Assembly (NCBI GenBank): GCA_000708835.1
Contig: DF237446.1
Span: forward strand, 4,130-68,129
From: Klebsormidium nitens
Lineage: Eukaryota > Plantae > Klebsormidiophyceae
Length of the DNA stretch: 64,000 bases
Direction of reading: 5' to 3'
The position numbers and the translations under genes are program-made. Each line of letters opens with the position of its first letter. The first letter of the stretch is position 1. Positions 1 to 11,926 of the stretch are shown here, in pieces. The notes under the pieces are model-generated. The model was given only the letters and a program-made list of their open reading frames with translations. It ran no database searches and was not told the origin of the DNA.

Positions 1-50
1 AACCCGCCCTTTCAGAGATCATTCACGTCGCCCTCTCCATTTGCGTTCAG

Positions 51-458
51 ATGGAGCATATCACGGTCTACTGCGCCTCCGACGACCAGGCCCTCCAGCT
101 GTCGACACGTGTCCACGGGGGCCACCCCCGGCTGGGCGACTTCCGGCTGACGTCAGCGAAGGCCGACGTGCACTCCCCCTACGGCGACGTCGAGAACATC
201 GACACGATCGACGCGAGCGGGCTGGAGTCAGGGCTGGTGCGTCACGGGTACATCTTCTCGCACGCGGGCGTTCTGGAGGACGCGTGCGAGTTCCTGAAGA
301 CCGGAATTCCGGCGGAACAGCGGCCCGCCCTGGCCGCCAGGAAAACGGAGCACGGGCTGACGTACTATACGTTCGTGGACCCGTCGCATAAGGCGTCGGT
401 GATCGAGCAGGAGATGCCGGAGGAGAACACGGCGGACGAGAGCGGCTTCGTCCGATAA
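51..458 (+). CDS. Terminal exon of a DUF900-like alpha/beta hydrolase (gene begins upstream of the window)
   Basis: Follows a polypyrimidine tract and cag acceptor at 48-50. TVYCASDDQALQLS..HG..RLG, IDTIDAS...HGY...VLED..EFLKTG.P.EQR resembles the C-terminal part of bacterial DUF900 esterase-like proteins (recognised from memory). Confidence 0.65.
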   Translation: MEHITVYCASDDQALQLSTRVHGGHPRLGDFRLTSAKADVHSPYGDVENIDTIDASGLESGLVRHGYIFSHAGVLEDACEFLKTGIPAEQRPALAARKTEHGLTYYTFVDPSHKASVIEQEMPEENTADESGFVR

Positions 459-1965
459 GGGGGGGGCGCTTTTGTGCTCTCGAAACAATGGGAGCATCTA
501 CAGTGTATAAAGAATGGAGGAAGCGGGGCCGCACATAAGCGCGGATTAGTTGGTGCTCCTTTGGGAAAGAAGGGTGTTTATAAGCATGGTCGGGAAACGC
601 AACCCCCTGTTAGGGTGCGGCACTGATACGAACAGGTTTTTGACCGAGAAGACGCATGTGTCTCCGAACGCTTAGCAAAAGCAACAGAGAGAAGCGAACC
701 CGTAAAAAGTTGGCAGTAGTTGAACTCATGATGCCGCGCATTGAAGCCTGCTGACCACATAACGTTGAGGCTATATGGTCACTCGAGCGCAGTGCCAATA
801 GAAGGCTTACGTAGGATTTTGTCAGAGCTGAAGTTGACCTTGCTTTTGACCATGTTGAGGAGCTTGTTTGACAGAAGGCCGGGTCTCCATCATTTTTCAC
901 ACGGTTGAGTTGTCCATTTCGAAATATAAACGTATTATTATAAGGTCTTTCAAACCGCGTAGCTATTTCAACGCCTGGTCTCAGTCGCCGAGTTTTCGGT
1001 CAGAAAGTTCTTTCGAGCGAAAAGCTGCCGACGGTGCCAGGAACGGCTCAAACTTAGTTGTCAGTGACATCAGTGAGGACCAACTTGTGCGCCAGCATGC
1101 TATGTCAAGAATGTTTTTATATGCATAGCTGAAATCAATTAGCTTCCATATGCCGTGAGATCTGGGCATGTCTGACGATCATTCATTCGGCGGCTCGCTG
1201 GCAGTTAGTGGCTCACGTACTGACGCATGGCCCATGTGCCACCGTTCGCCAGCTGTACGCTTGTAGGGGGGAAGAACCAATCTCAACCAAATGCATCACA
1301 TGTCAATTATGACTAGTTGCGTAAGTGTATGCATATCTCATCAGGACTCGTCATGGCATGCAGGATTACGACTAGCGGCCAGGAACTGGACCGTCGGCCC
1401 GGCCATTGAGAGCTTAATGGCTCGTGCAAGAAGGAGGGCAGCCTAAAGACCCACCGGACATGCATGAAGAAGGGCATGAGGTAAGGGCATCCGACTTGCC
1501 GACAGCGTAAAACGTCTGACGTGATGAGCAAACGCAAAAAGATCAGGTTTGATGAGACACGATTAACGGTAGCGTGGCAACTGGCAAGATTGGCGGCGGA
1601 CTTCATGCATCTTATGCCGGCCGCACGCTTGTATCTAGATCCGACTGAAACGGATGCACTGCAGCCTTCGTCTTCCGAAGATCATCTCGTCTTATCCGTT
1701 CCGACTACGTATATGTAGCAGCTCGCCAGCTTCGGACTGGTCGGAACAGTAGCTGGTGCAAGAGTCTGACCGCCTTCGGATTGCGATTATGTCGGCCGAA
1801 TCCTGCAGATCACGTTCCTAAACTGCGGCCTCCAAAAGTCTTCTCTGATTAGTAACAAGTTTACAAGAACTGGAAAAACAACCGAAAACCTACGTCACCG
1901 GCCAATCCACAAAAACGTCCCATACGTACCCTCCTGTTTCATACTAGCATGCAGTGAAGCTCAAC

Positions 1966-2841
1966 TTACACGACTCCTTCCGGCCCTGCCGGATGATGCT
2001 TGCAGTGGACCTTGTGGGTCGCCCAGTGCACCTTCTGGTGCTCCTTACTGCATCAAAACGCGTGTTACATGAGAGAATGCAAACGACAATCATGATTGAA
2101 TTTGCAATTCCCGAGTTTCCCTGTGCATAAATGCGAAGCATTCCCACGCTTTGCATCAGAGCTTTAGGCACAACCAAACACCTTTTGAAGTAGGAAAGAA
2201 CAGCTCCCAAAAGCAATCTATCCGAGAGCAGTCAAGAATAACATCTCGAAGAAAATAATCATCTGGAACTCGCCCACAACTCCGGCACTCTTTCGAACCT
2301 CGCAATGGCTCGACGATCATAATTACGCGCTTCCCTTGTCCGCATTAATTGACCAAGACAGCTTCAATTTGAAAGAATCGCAAGCCGTCCAATTGAGAGC
2401 CTGCATCAGAAGCTTTGGAGAGACCTTGAGATTTTTGCCTTAGAGGCTTAGAAGAATGTTCTACGTACAGGCTTGAGACGAAGGACCAAAACGATTACAA
2501 GGGTACTGCTAGTCGTGGTTCGCAGAGTCGATAGATATAGCCGCTTAGTTGGAAACAAAGGCACAAAGAATGGAAGAACACAAAGAACGTCGCTTCGTGT
2601 TACAAATGAGGGCAGATCCTCGTTTCCAGTTTGAACAACGCCCTCAACAGAGAAAGTTAAGGACATCTTCGTCTTAAATTCTAAACCTTCAAGGCTCCAG
2701 ATCTGAGGGAAGCCGGCCGAATCACCGAATTCTGGCATACCTGCAGTAGCGCGCGACGCGGCCGCCGCCCGCACGCGCTAAACCCCTTCCCAACGGCGGG
2801 CTCGCGGCCGGCCGCGCACTCTTTTCACGAACAAACAACAT
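1966..2841 (-). pseudogene. Degenerate MYND-type zinc-finger gene (2 exons: 2841-2741, 2047-1966)
   Basis: The phase-consistent splice (tgcag|gtatgc ... atgcag|t) gives ARYCSKEHQKVHWATHKVHCK, the C-terminal half of a MYND finger. The N-terminal CxxC pairs are absent in frame. A gtaagt at the end of exon 2 means the gene may continue. Confidence 0.45.
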
Positions 2842-3572
2842 GGGCCGGGGGCCCGGGGCGGACCCGGAATCTGCCCGGGCGATTTCGTGTCGCTAACCCA
2901 CCGGACTGTAGGCGACGCGCGCCGGAACCTTCCGGAGAACGAAACTTCCCGGGAATCGAGCGGAGTCCTGATAGCTCACAAGGTCTTCCGAGACGCCATG
3001 AGAGACTCGCTGGATCAGGGGATCGGAGCCTATTTGTACATTTCAGAACCCTTCTTTGAAGGTGCTTTGAAGCAGAGTTTTTCGGCAGCCTGCCTCCTCC
3101 GTCGGACAGTGCGCAGAGAATCCGGTACAGCTGTCCGGTCTCGCGGTCAGTCTGGCGCTCTCAGCAGACAGCCAATTGTGGGCGATTGACATGGGTTTGC
3201 TCAAACTAGTAGCAGCAATCTACGAAGCATCGCCCCTTCAAGAGCTGTCCGCCGCGAGGGTCGAATCACTCCAGCGTTCCGGTGCAACAGAGGTGCAACA
3301 GAGTTCTGTTCCGCTTGCTTGTGTCGGAGTTTACAGTGGCAAAAGTCCGCGCGCGCAACGCGCTCGTCACGTTCCGGCCCCACCGCAGGAAGATCAACGG
3401 AGCGGAACCGGACTCGGAGATGCTTGGGGTTTACACCCAGTGCGCGCGCATATTCGGCTAAGGAGTGGAAGTGTGAGGAAGAGCGCCATAACGGAACCGC
3501 CCTCGTTCCGTCCCTCCTCAAGCAGCGCTCCACAACAGCCTTGCTCGCGGAAAGGCTTCCGAGCGCCAAGGT

Positions 3573-3766
3573 AAAAAAAAAAAATCAACAATCGAGGCGT
3601 GCTGTAGCAACCCTTTTCGCCCGGGGGCTACTGGGAGAAATCATCAGCAGATCGCCGGAAAGAAAGTGCAAACATGAAACTGGAGTCGCGGCCAGGATTT
3701 GAACCCGCAATCTATCGTGAGTCGATGTTCGCTGAGTCCGTCGGTCTCACCACTAGACCATCCCCC
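3573..3766 (-). mobile_element. tRNA-derived Pol III unit / SINE-like element
   Basis: Minus strand carries an A-box TGGTCTAGTGG (3760-3750), a D-stem GGTC/GACC and a B-box GGTTCAAATCC (3705-3695). About 100 nt of body follows, then T12 (A12 at 3573-3584 on plus). Acceptor and anticodon stems do not pair. Confidence 0.55.
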
Positions 3767-5182
3767 TAAAAACCCTTGAGGCACTTTCCAATATGTCTGA
3801 TCTGCGATTCAGTCTCGCAACGTTTTAGTAGAGGTCGCAGCAGGTTCCCTAGTACGACCTGACGACCCCCCCGCGATACGCAGCGACCTCCTGAGCGAGC
3901 CTGGAAACGTGTCCGCAGCAGCTAGGGTTTCAGCTGTTTGCAATTAGGAGTCGATGACAGTTGAGCAAAAGTGCCATTGCGCCCACTTCGCCCCACTGGG
4001 GGCGAAGTCCTTACTGATGTCGACAGACGGTCTGTCGACATCAGTAAAGAAGCACAGCGCTCCACGGCGACCTCGTCCATGTGATCTAGTTCCTCCATCT
4101 TCCGGGAAATACATATAGTGTTGAGCCAAGAATGATGCTGGATAGACGTGTTGCACTAGGAGCAATGCTGAATACCTTGCATCTCCTCTTTCCTAGCTTC
4201 TGTGCAACGGCGCATACACTGTGCGCCCGTCATTCTGGCACCTCCTTGAGCCGAGGGTCAAACAATTGATAGCAACCAACTCTGATTCTCTTCAAAGAGA
4301 GTGCGGAATTTCATGCAATCATAGCTGTCAGAGGCGCTCTTCGATTGAATTCACGCATGGGGTGCACATATGCAGTTGGTGGCGGCCTTCAATTGCAACA
4401 AGCATCATGATGTAATCGTGAGAAGAGCCAGATTGAGAGCCGTGTTTCACAAATTAACGTCGGGTTAACGTCACTGCGCGTTGACTCGACAGCTGTGACA
4501 TTAGCAAACGAAAGTCCCTGCGACAATCAGACTCGATGATGATAATGACATTTTTTGAGTTTTCACGAGGCAGATCGTAAGACACCTGGCACATGGTGAG
4601 GCTACATCTTTCAAAAACGAGATGTGCGCAGTGCCATGAGACGAACTGACGAAGGTCGGACCTACTACTTAGTGCAGCGGTTTTTCAAGAAATCGAAGGC
4701 TGCCAGCTTGGTAGTCGAAACCTCAGTGATCGCTTTTGCATAGACTCTAAACGCGAAAGCAAACTCAGTGTATTGTAGTTGGTTGAAACTTCAACCTTAC
4801 TTCCTTACAATATCATGGAGCTAGAGGTAATATATCAAAGGCGCTTTTTATCGGGCTTCAGAAGTGTTGCAACCAGCTCGATTTGACGTACCAGTCTTCG
4901 GGTCAGAAACTAGAATGAATAAGATCACATCCATGAGATGTATCAGCTGCCACTCCATACTCGTTGTTGTCACTGCTTTCAGAGTCACTCAAAGAACGCT
5001 GAATTCATTGCAGCGCTCATGACTGGTTGCAGCGAGTGTGAATACTTTGCTCATGGGGGTATGTAACGTATATGCCAGCTTGTATTAGCATGATGCATAT
5101 ACGAAGGTGTAGCTCGACGGCGACATACATACATATTGATACATCAATAACACGTGGATGATTTAATTGGGACCATGGTTAA

Positions 5183-5256
5183 GGCTAGGCGCGCCTAGCC
5201 CATAATAATGGGCGACCAATAACAATGGCCCGTCGTCCCAAACCCCTAAAAGGGGT
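5183..5256. repeat. Cluster of three short inverted repeats
   Basis: Perfect 18-bp palindrome GGCTAGGCGCGCCTAGCC (5183-5200), GCCCAT-aata-ATGGGC (5198-5213) and ACCCCT-aaa-AGGGGT (5242-5256). Confidence 0.75.
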
Positions 5257-5772
5257 CGCCAGAACTGTTTGTGTGTGATGACCTGGGCTAAGGCCGGTAC
5301 GTGGCCACATATTATCACACCCGATCACATGCCCCTAGGGGCCTATTGCAACACCCGTTTACACCGTTCAACCCATTGTCCATCGTGTAGCACAGTATCG
5401 TCCACACTGATATCATGTATGAAATTGATACTTTGCGTCCAATTGAAATTCTGACAGGTTATGTTTGGGCAAATTTCCAATTGCGTGATTACAATCCTTC
5501 GGGAAAAAACATGAGTTGAGGTGTAGCGGTCCAGAGGAGTACTTTAGGGTCTTTGGGATACAAACATTGAGCTCAAAGCTGTCTCTGCTCGATACGGCCC
5601 CTCGCCTTCCCTCCGTGTGATTGCTTGCTAGAAGCCGGCTGCAAATGCAACGAGCAGGTAAGATGCTGTGAGCAACCAGAAGCTGCAACGCGGGAGATGA
5701 TGCTTCTATTTCCACAAGGTTTCGTGCTGACCTGACCTACTCCAATCGCGAATCATGGTTAAACTCGATACT

Positions 5773-8700
5773 TTAGCAAACGCAATTCACTGAATCAGGA
5801 AGCAGATACACCGTTCCTTCGTCAAGATCATGCACGGTGGCAAAGAACTGTCTTAAAGACTTACCCCAGTCGAGGTTCTTCTCGACCATGTTCTCTAACT
5901 CGATTTTGAACACCCTTGACGTAACAGCGATATCGTCTCGTTCGCCCCCAGCACAGTTCACTCCCACCACCCTTCCCTTCTCGAAGGATGGTCCCCCGCT
6001 CAGCCCCCGCCTCCCCCAGCCCTCCGACCCAAAAGACTTTCCGGGTCCCAGCTCGATCATGAAATGCCCCTTGTCTTGAAGAAGCTCCACCGGGCTCCCC
6101 GACTCGGGGTCCATTCGGCCGAAACCGACCTGAAACAGTAAAGTGTGCGTGTTTCTCGACACATTGTCAAGTGTCTGTACTTTCAGACCACTGTACTTGA
6201 GCTGCGAACCTCACACGCACGGCCTTCATGAGGGGCATACTTGCCAAGCAAAGGGGGCACATGTTCTATATTCCCAGCAAGACGGCCTTCAAAGCTTGTA
6301 AAGCACCCCATGCTTTACCAAACAGATCTTTCAATAGTTCGTCCTGAAGGCACTTCCATCGAAGAAGTCGTGCATAAGCTGTAGCCTTTTCCCGTTCCTC
6401 CTACGGGCCCCTTAGAATAAAGGCAAGATCCCCTAAAGTCAGGTATTATGCAGGTTCAACAAGAGACTTCATTTCAGCAACATTCCATCGCTTCACGCTT
6501 GGCTTGCCGCAGATCTAGGCACGTCACAAACTTGCAGCCGCACTCTCGAACCAAAGCTCATTCAAAAAAGACAGACGCATCCGAGGGGGCTTGTAGACTC
6601 GAGGTTTTCACCTTCACAATTTGATGCTTTGGTGTTAGGAAGGTGCGGCCCAACGTGGTGGAGAGGGCGGGAACCACCTTCGATACTTCCTCTGTTTCTC
6701 TCAAGGGAGCAACTTGGAGGACGGCATAGTCACAATCATAGCGGGCCCTCCGGTCACGGGCCTGCATTTGGTCAAAAAGGGACTTTCAAGTTTGTGAAGC
6801 GTTCCACATAGGCAAGCACGCTGACGATCTGACGTAAGGCTTTGTCCGTGTGCTTGTATGTCACTTACAAATCATGCTCTTCTTATCATAGTTTGTAATG
6901 AAACCATTCAAGATGTGAGCTACCAGCTGCTTTCAAGATGCAAGTATGGCTCTCAATGCCTGGCTATACTCAAAAACGTGAAGGTATCAAGCGCTTATAC
7001 GTCTACGAATCAGATTCTTTCTTTCTCAGGCGAGTCGAAGTAACAACCTGTAGCCAATGGGTTGCAAAGGACGTCAAAGAGCACTCTTGTCTCAAGTGAA
7101 AGTTTAGTTGACATCAAGATTCTCAAAGTGTCAGTGTCTCACCTCGACGTAGCTCTGCGGCATAGCCACACTCTTGACTGTATAATCGTTGTGACCGTTG
7201 CCGTCGGGAGTCATGAATCTGACGTGCGCAGCCTCGATGTCCTTGAGGGGGTGAAAGAGGTGCGCGGAGGAGAGAAGTCCGTCGGGTCCGACTAGGGCAT
7301 CCGCCCCATCGTCGCCAAACTCGGGCCTGAACGTTGAACCAAGAATGGCTCCCTCCTTCTCGTTGTCGACAAAGACCCGTCCGATGGATGTAAAAGGAGC
7401 CACCGTGGGCTCATCGACAACCTAGATAAATGGAGAGCAACCTGATTCCTCTAGATTGCCCATAAAAAGTCAAGCCCAAGAGTCACTTAAAATTCGACCA
7501 TCCTCGAAGATGAACAAGCACGTGCTATCACCAGGTACTGCAGATCCATGTCTTTCAAGAACCAACATGGTTGTGTCGACAGGGAAAATTGTGGTAACCA
7601 AGCATCTACGGCCTACTTGTTGCCCTCGAGGGCCAGAGCAGACAAAAGCTTCACGATCTAACAAGATTCCCGTCCCATTTGGATGCTCGTCAAGTGAGAA
7701 ACAAGCTAAAGCCTGTTTACCTCGCATCGCTGACACTTCATAACCGCATCAGACCTGGCACGGATCGAGTCGTGAACGATCTCTGGGCGGCGATGGTGCA
7801 ATTGACATAGATGTGGTTTGCTCTTTAACTACGACAACCTGCATCAGAGAGAGATTGCTGAAGGAGAAAGGAATGATCTTCTTACCTCTATCAAGCCCTG
7901 CTTGCCCTGCAAGACGTAGATAACAGGATAGTCAGTGAGGATCAATCGACTCGATCGACTGTGAACCAAAACCAGAAAACCTCGCAGCCGGACTCAGTGA
8001 TAGAAGAGGGTGCTCATCAACAAGGTCTGATTAGATTCCTCCATGTAAAGCCAGACTGTTGTACAGTCCTTACCGTTGCTGCCCACCTGGGCTTCTTCTT
8101 TTTGTTCTTCTGTGAGCGCAGTATGCTTGATCCTCGACTCGCTTCAAGAGCCTGCAAAAGAGGAAGACCTGGATGAAAGAGGTATATGAAACCAGTGCGG
8201 ATGATCCTCGCTACCGGAGCCTCATCAAAAACCTCGACAGGACTCTTCAACAAATAGACCCACGTTGAGGTCTGACTATGCTCTCATTTACTGATGATTT
8301 CCTCAAGTCCCTAAGTTACTTAAGAACTTCCGGAAGAACTCACCGTCTGGTGGGCCGCTGCATACAATGCCTTGAGCTCTGGAAGACCCTCTGGCACGTC
8401 GTAATCTGTGTCAGACTGGGGGTCATAAGCCTCCGGGGAAAGGTAGCCCCCAATCGCGATCATGTCGCCATACTGCAAATGAAGCCGGCCAATTTTATAC
8501 AGAGGTAAACAGACCCCAGGAAAGATGGCAAAATCGCTGCCTTGAACCATCAAAAGCCAAGCGCAATGGTCCATGATATGCAGGTGTCTTTTCCTGCGAG
8601 GGTCTTGTTCTTCATTCTTTCATGGAATTGTGCAATTAAGACCAGGTATAGCTTTAGACTGGGAAGGTTTACCTGCTTAAGCGCATCCTGCGCCTCGTTT

Positions 8701-9906
8701 GGAATGTCATAGTTGGTGTCCCTTTGCGGATCGTAAATGGCAGTATCTGGCGATGCCTGCACAAACTAACATCAAATAAACGACCCATTTTTGGATTTTG
8801 CAGGTTGATCACCGGGACTTGCAGAGGTTGCTGAACCCTCCCTGTAACGCATCTGTTCATAGCTTCTCAAATGAGATTAGAAAGTCCCTACTCACAATTG
8901 GCGCCACGCGCGATTCAGAGCAGAGAACAGGGATAAAACACCTTATCATGATTGTTTGTAAAATCACTCTAGGCTGGATGAAAATAACACTCATATTACG
9001 GTATTTGCATGGGGCCTGAAGGTTGAATCAGTACATTGTGGGCATGAATCATAGTCACCACCATGCAGCGGCAACCAAATAAGTTGGTAATTTGCACTCC
9101 GTGCCATGGGGCAAAGTCTGAGGCCTCAGTCTTAAAGCAAGCACTTACACTTGTTGTGGACAGCGAATCAGGTGCGCCCTCCCGCTGGGACAGCAGGCCC
9201 GATGCGCCCTCCCATGGGGCGCGAGTGGCCACTTCCTCGGGCGTCTGCATTACACACAAACTTCTGACTCAAATCTGCAGCTTGTTCTGCAAACTCCAAA
9301 AGAAAGCAGATGTCAAGACAGTCTCCTGATGAAGCATCAAGTTCCAAATCTTGATAATCCACCCTTTGGAGCTGACAAAAAGTCATCCTACGTTGAGCAC
9401 GCCAGTATCAACTGCGGCAACTCTCTGCTTGATACATCAATGTCAAGAGTGGTTCTGTTTTGGAGGCTGGAGTTTTCGAAATAGACGCAACTCGAACAAT
9501 GCTGCTTCTATTGCATGTAGCTGTTCCCTTCATATGAAACCTGAAAGGACAAACGCATGCTTGTGCAGTACAGCCTCATTCATCTGAATCATAGTGCCAG
9601 TCAGGAACCTCAATCTGCTATATAGCTTATTGGCATGGAAGTAGAGCTCTCTTAACAGCAACAGCAGCAAATTGATATTTGGATATGTGGGTGGCTGCTA
9701 TTTCAGTCTCTGAAATCAGGCCAGCCATCAACCTCTCCATTCATCATGCGAAATGGTACCGCATAGTTCTGTGCAACAAGATGAAGCATGCAGTTCCATG
9801 CCAAGGCATTGTACATATATCAAGGAAAAGAGCAGGACTGCAGACAACTTACCTCTAGCCCCAATTGAGACAGCCAACCGAAGGCATACAACAGCTGCCC
9901 AGCCAT
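5773..9906 (-). CDS. Trypsin-like (V8/glutamyl-endopeptidase-like) serine protease, ~436 aa, 9 exons (9906-9853, 9244-9149, 8756-8673, 8472-8344, 8151-8074, 7838-7755, 7421-7143, 6761-6612, 6129-5773)
   Basis: Spliced ORF contains PFTSIGRVF, VGPDGLLSSAH (His), DYAVL (Asp), IVKVGFG and GLSGGP...GRVVGV (Ser) in the correct order. All junctions are GT-AG and keep frame. The 5' exons are less certain than the last three. Confidence 0.8.
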
Positions 9907-10317
9907 CCAGCCTCCCCTTCCTCTGCGGTCAAGCTATGATTAACCTCTTGTCACGGCCACCTAGTTTCTGCTAATCTGAGAAGTCCGCCGGCAAACGGCC
10001 TTGATCTTGAGAGGTTTCCCTAGCTTGTAGAAGACCTCATTTTGCAAGCAAAAAGGCTCACAACGACATGCTTGAAGTGCTTGGAACGGAGGATCTGGAG
10101 GATGGCCAAACCAAATGCCAAATTAATCATCCAATGGCAAATATTTGACTCGACTCAGCAGAAATTGTTGAAGAGTTATAATATAAGTGACATAGGGGGA
10201 TGGTGAGCACTGAGTACCCAGCCAAAGGTTGCAATGAAAGAGAACTGACGCATCTGGGAATCGACCGCCAGTTTCTCTGCCGACGAATCCGACATATACA
10301 AAAAAGAGATTGTGATA

Positions 10318-10575
10318 TCGACGGTGTACAATACATGAGATTGATCCCCTTTTTTCCATCGACGGTGTAAATCAGGTACAATTCCGTCAGAGTAAACAAG
10401 CACGAATCACAGTACCTAAATCGACTCGGTCAGAGAAAACCGAGCCTCCAAGCGGTCAAAAGTGAGCGGCAAGTGCACACGGTCACATTGAACCGACTCA
10501 TGTCACAGTATTAAACCGACTCGGTCACAGTTAACTGAGCCGCCATGAGTACGAAAGTGAGCGGTGAGTGTACAC
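10318..10575. repeat. Degenerate short direct-repeat cluster
   Basis: ATCGACGGTGTA x2; TCACAGTA..AAA(T/C)CGACTCGGTCA x2-3 (~10408, 10483, 10503); AAAGTGAGCGG..AGTG.ACAC x2 (~10459, 10554). Confidence 0.55.
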
Positions 10576-10956
10576 TCAAACAGTGCTACAGCATATATGA
10601 GCAAAGCCTCAGTGTGAAAATGCGCAAGAGTGTGCTTATTGAAACCTTTGAGTGTGAGACGATTATTCTAGTGTGAGTGCCTGTTTACACCTTTTGAAAC
10701 GCATTAGGCTCGTTGCGACCTGAGTGTCCATCATTGGCATCAATCGTCGGACGTCTTCCAAGTTCCGATCCACGGTTCTCGAATTTTTCCAGGATGAGTC
10801 TCGACTCTCAATGGTTTTAATCGATCTGCTAGTGCAGATCGCGGCGCGCGACCGTCGAGCATAATTCTCAGGAAAGAATCAAGATAATATTAAGCCAAGA
10901 TATTGTAATAGTAAGCTCCGACTATCACTAAAAACCCTAACCCAAAAAGATGCCTG

Positions 10957-10977
10957 CTCCGCACCCGTATCCACCCT
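10957..10977 (+). repeat. Short dispersed repeat next to CCCTAAC motifs (copy 1)
   Basis: CTCCGCACCCGTATCCACCCT matches the reverse complement of 13177-13197 at 19/21. A looser relative lies at ~28085-28170. Confidence 0.5.
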
Positions 10978-11926
10978 GTTCACCATACTAACCCCACCCG
11001 TTCCAGTGCGGTTACCTTACTATTATCTCGGCTTATCCGGAAGCACGCTTTTGCTTGCATAATATTCGGCGAACTGAGGGCGGCATATCCACGCTCCGTC
11101 GTCGCTGTGTGACGTCATGTGGGCCTGGACGCCATCCGACGATTTGCAATGGCAGCCACGGTATAGGGGGAGTTCCCACGCGGCGGGCCGGGCCGGGCGG
11201 CCGCGCACGGCCTCGCAAGCAGTCGGCCGCCAACTTCCCCAGTACCATTCGCTGTATTAAGTATCGATCATAGCGCGATTGGCTAGCTGGCCAGTTGACT
11301 CGAGTCGATCAGGATGATGCTCAGATGTGCGGGATGTTGCCACAGTACGGCGGCCACTAGAACATCTATCCGGAAGCATGGTCAAGTGGATGAAAGGCTC
11401 ATGTTGCTTGCACGACCCCATGGATTGTTGTAGATGGGCTCCGCTCGCTTTAGTGTCTCTGCACGATCTCTCGGCAAGGAGATTCAATCAGCATTCGTGT
11501 CGTGCTAGGCACCGTCCGGCCGGGGACCTGCATGCTGCACTTGTGTTGCTTGCATGGCAGTGACCGCAGGCAGGCTAGCCGGACCGGCCATAATGCGATA
11601 GGCATGCCTGATCCAGGTTCAACCGTATGGAAACACATTCTCGACACGTACTTTACAAATGATGGGCTGACGCATGAAGTGTCAGACTCATTGCACCTCA
11701 AAAGTGCATTCCTGATGTGCACTTTGCTGCACGAGGAGAACTCGATCACACTCTGGGGGCTTCATGTTTGGTGTGAGACAAGGACTTTGGACACACCATA
11801 TGTGGCACCATCAAGATCGATAGACCTATCTATGGACCTACCCCTAACGGTACCTTGCAACCCAAAGTGGAGGTTTGCACCTTGTACATGATTGTCCTAG
11901 ATAAAATACACAACACCTTATTTCAG

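Noticed and set aside
3681-3766. Functional tRNA gene
   Set aside because: A/B boxes and the D-arm are present, but the acceptor and anticodon stems do not pair. Kept only as a tRNA-derived element.
10930-10945. Interstitial telomere array
   Set aside because: Only isolated CCCTAA(A/C) units here and elsewhere; no tandem array.
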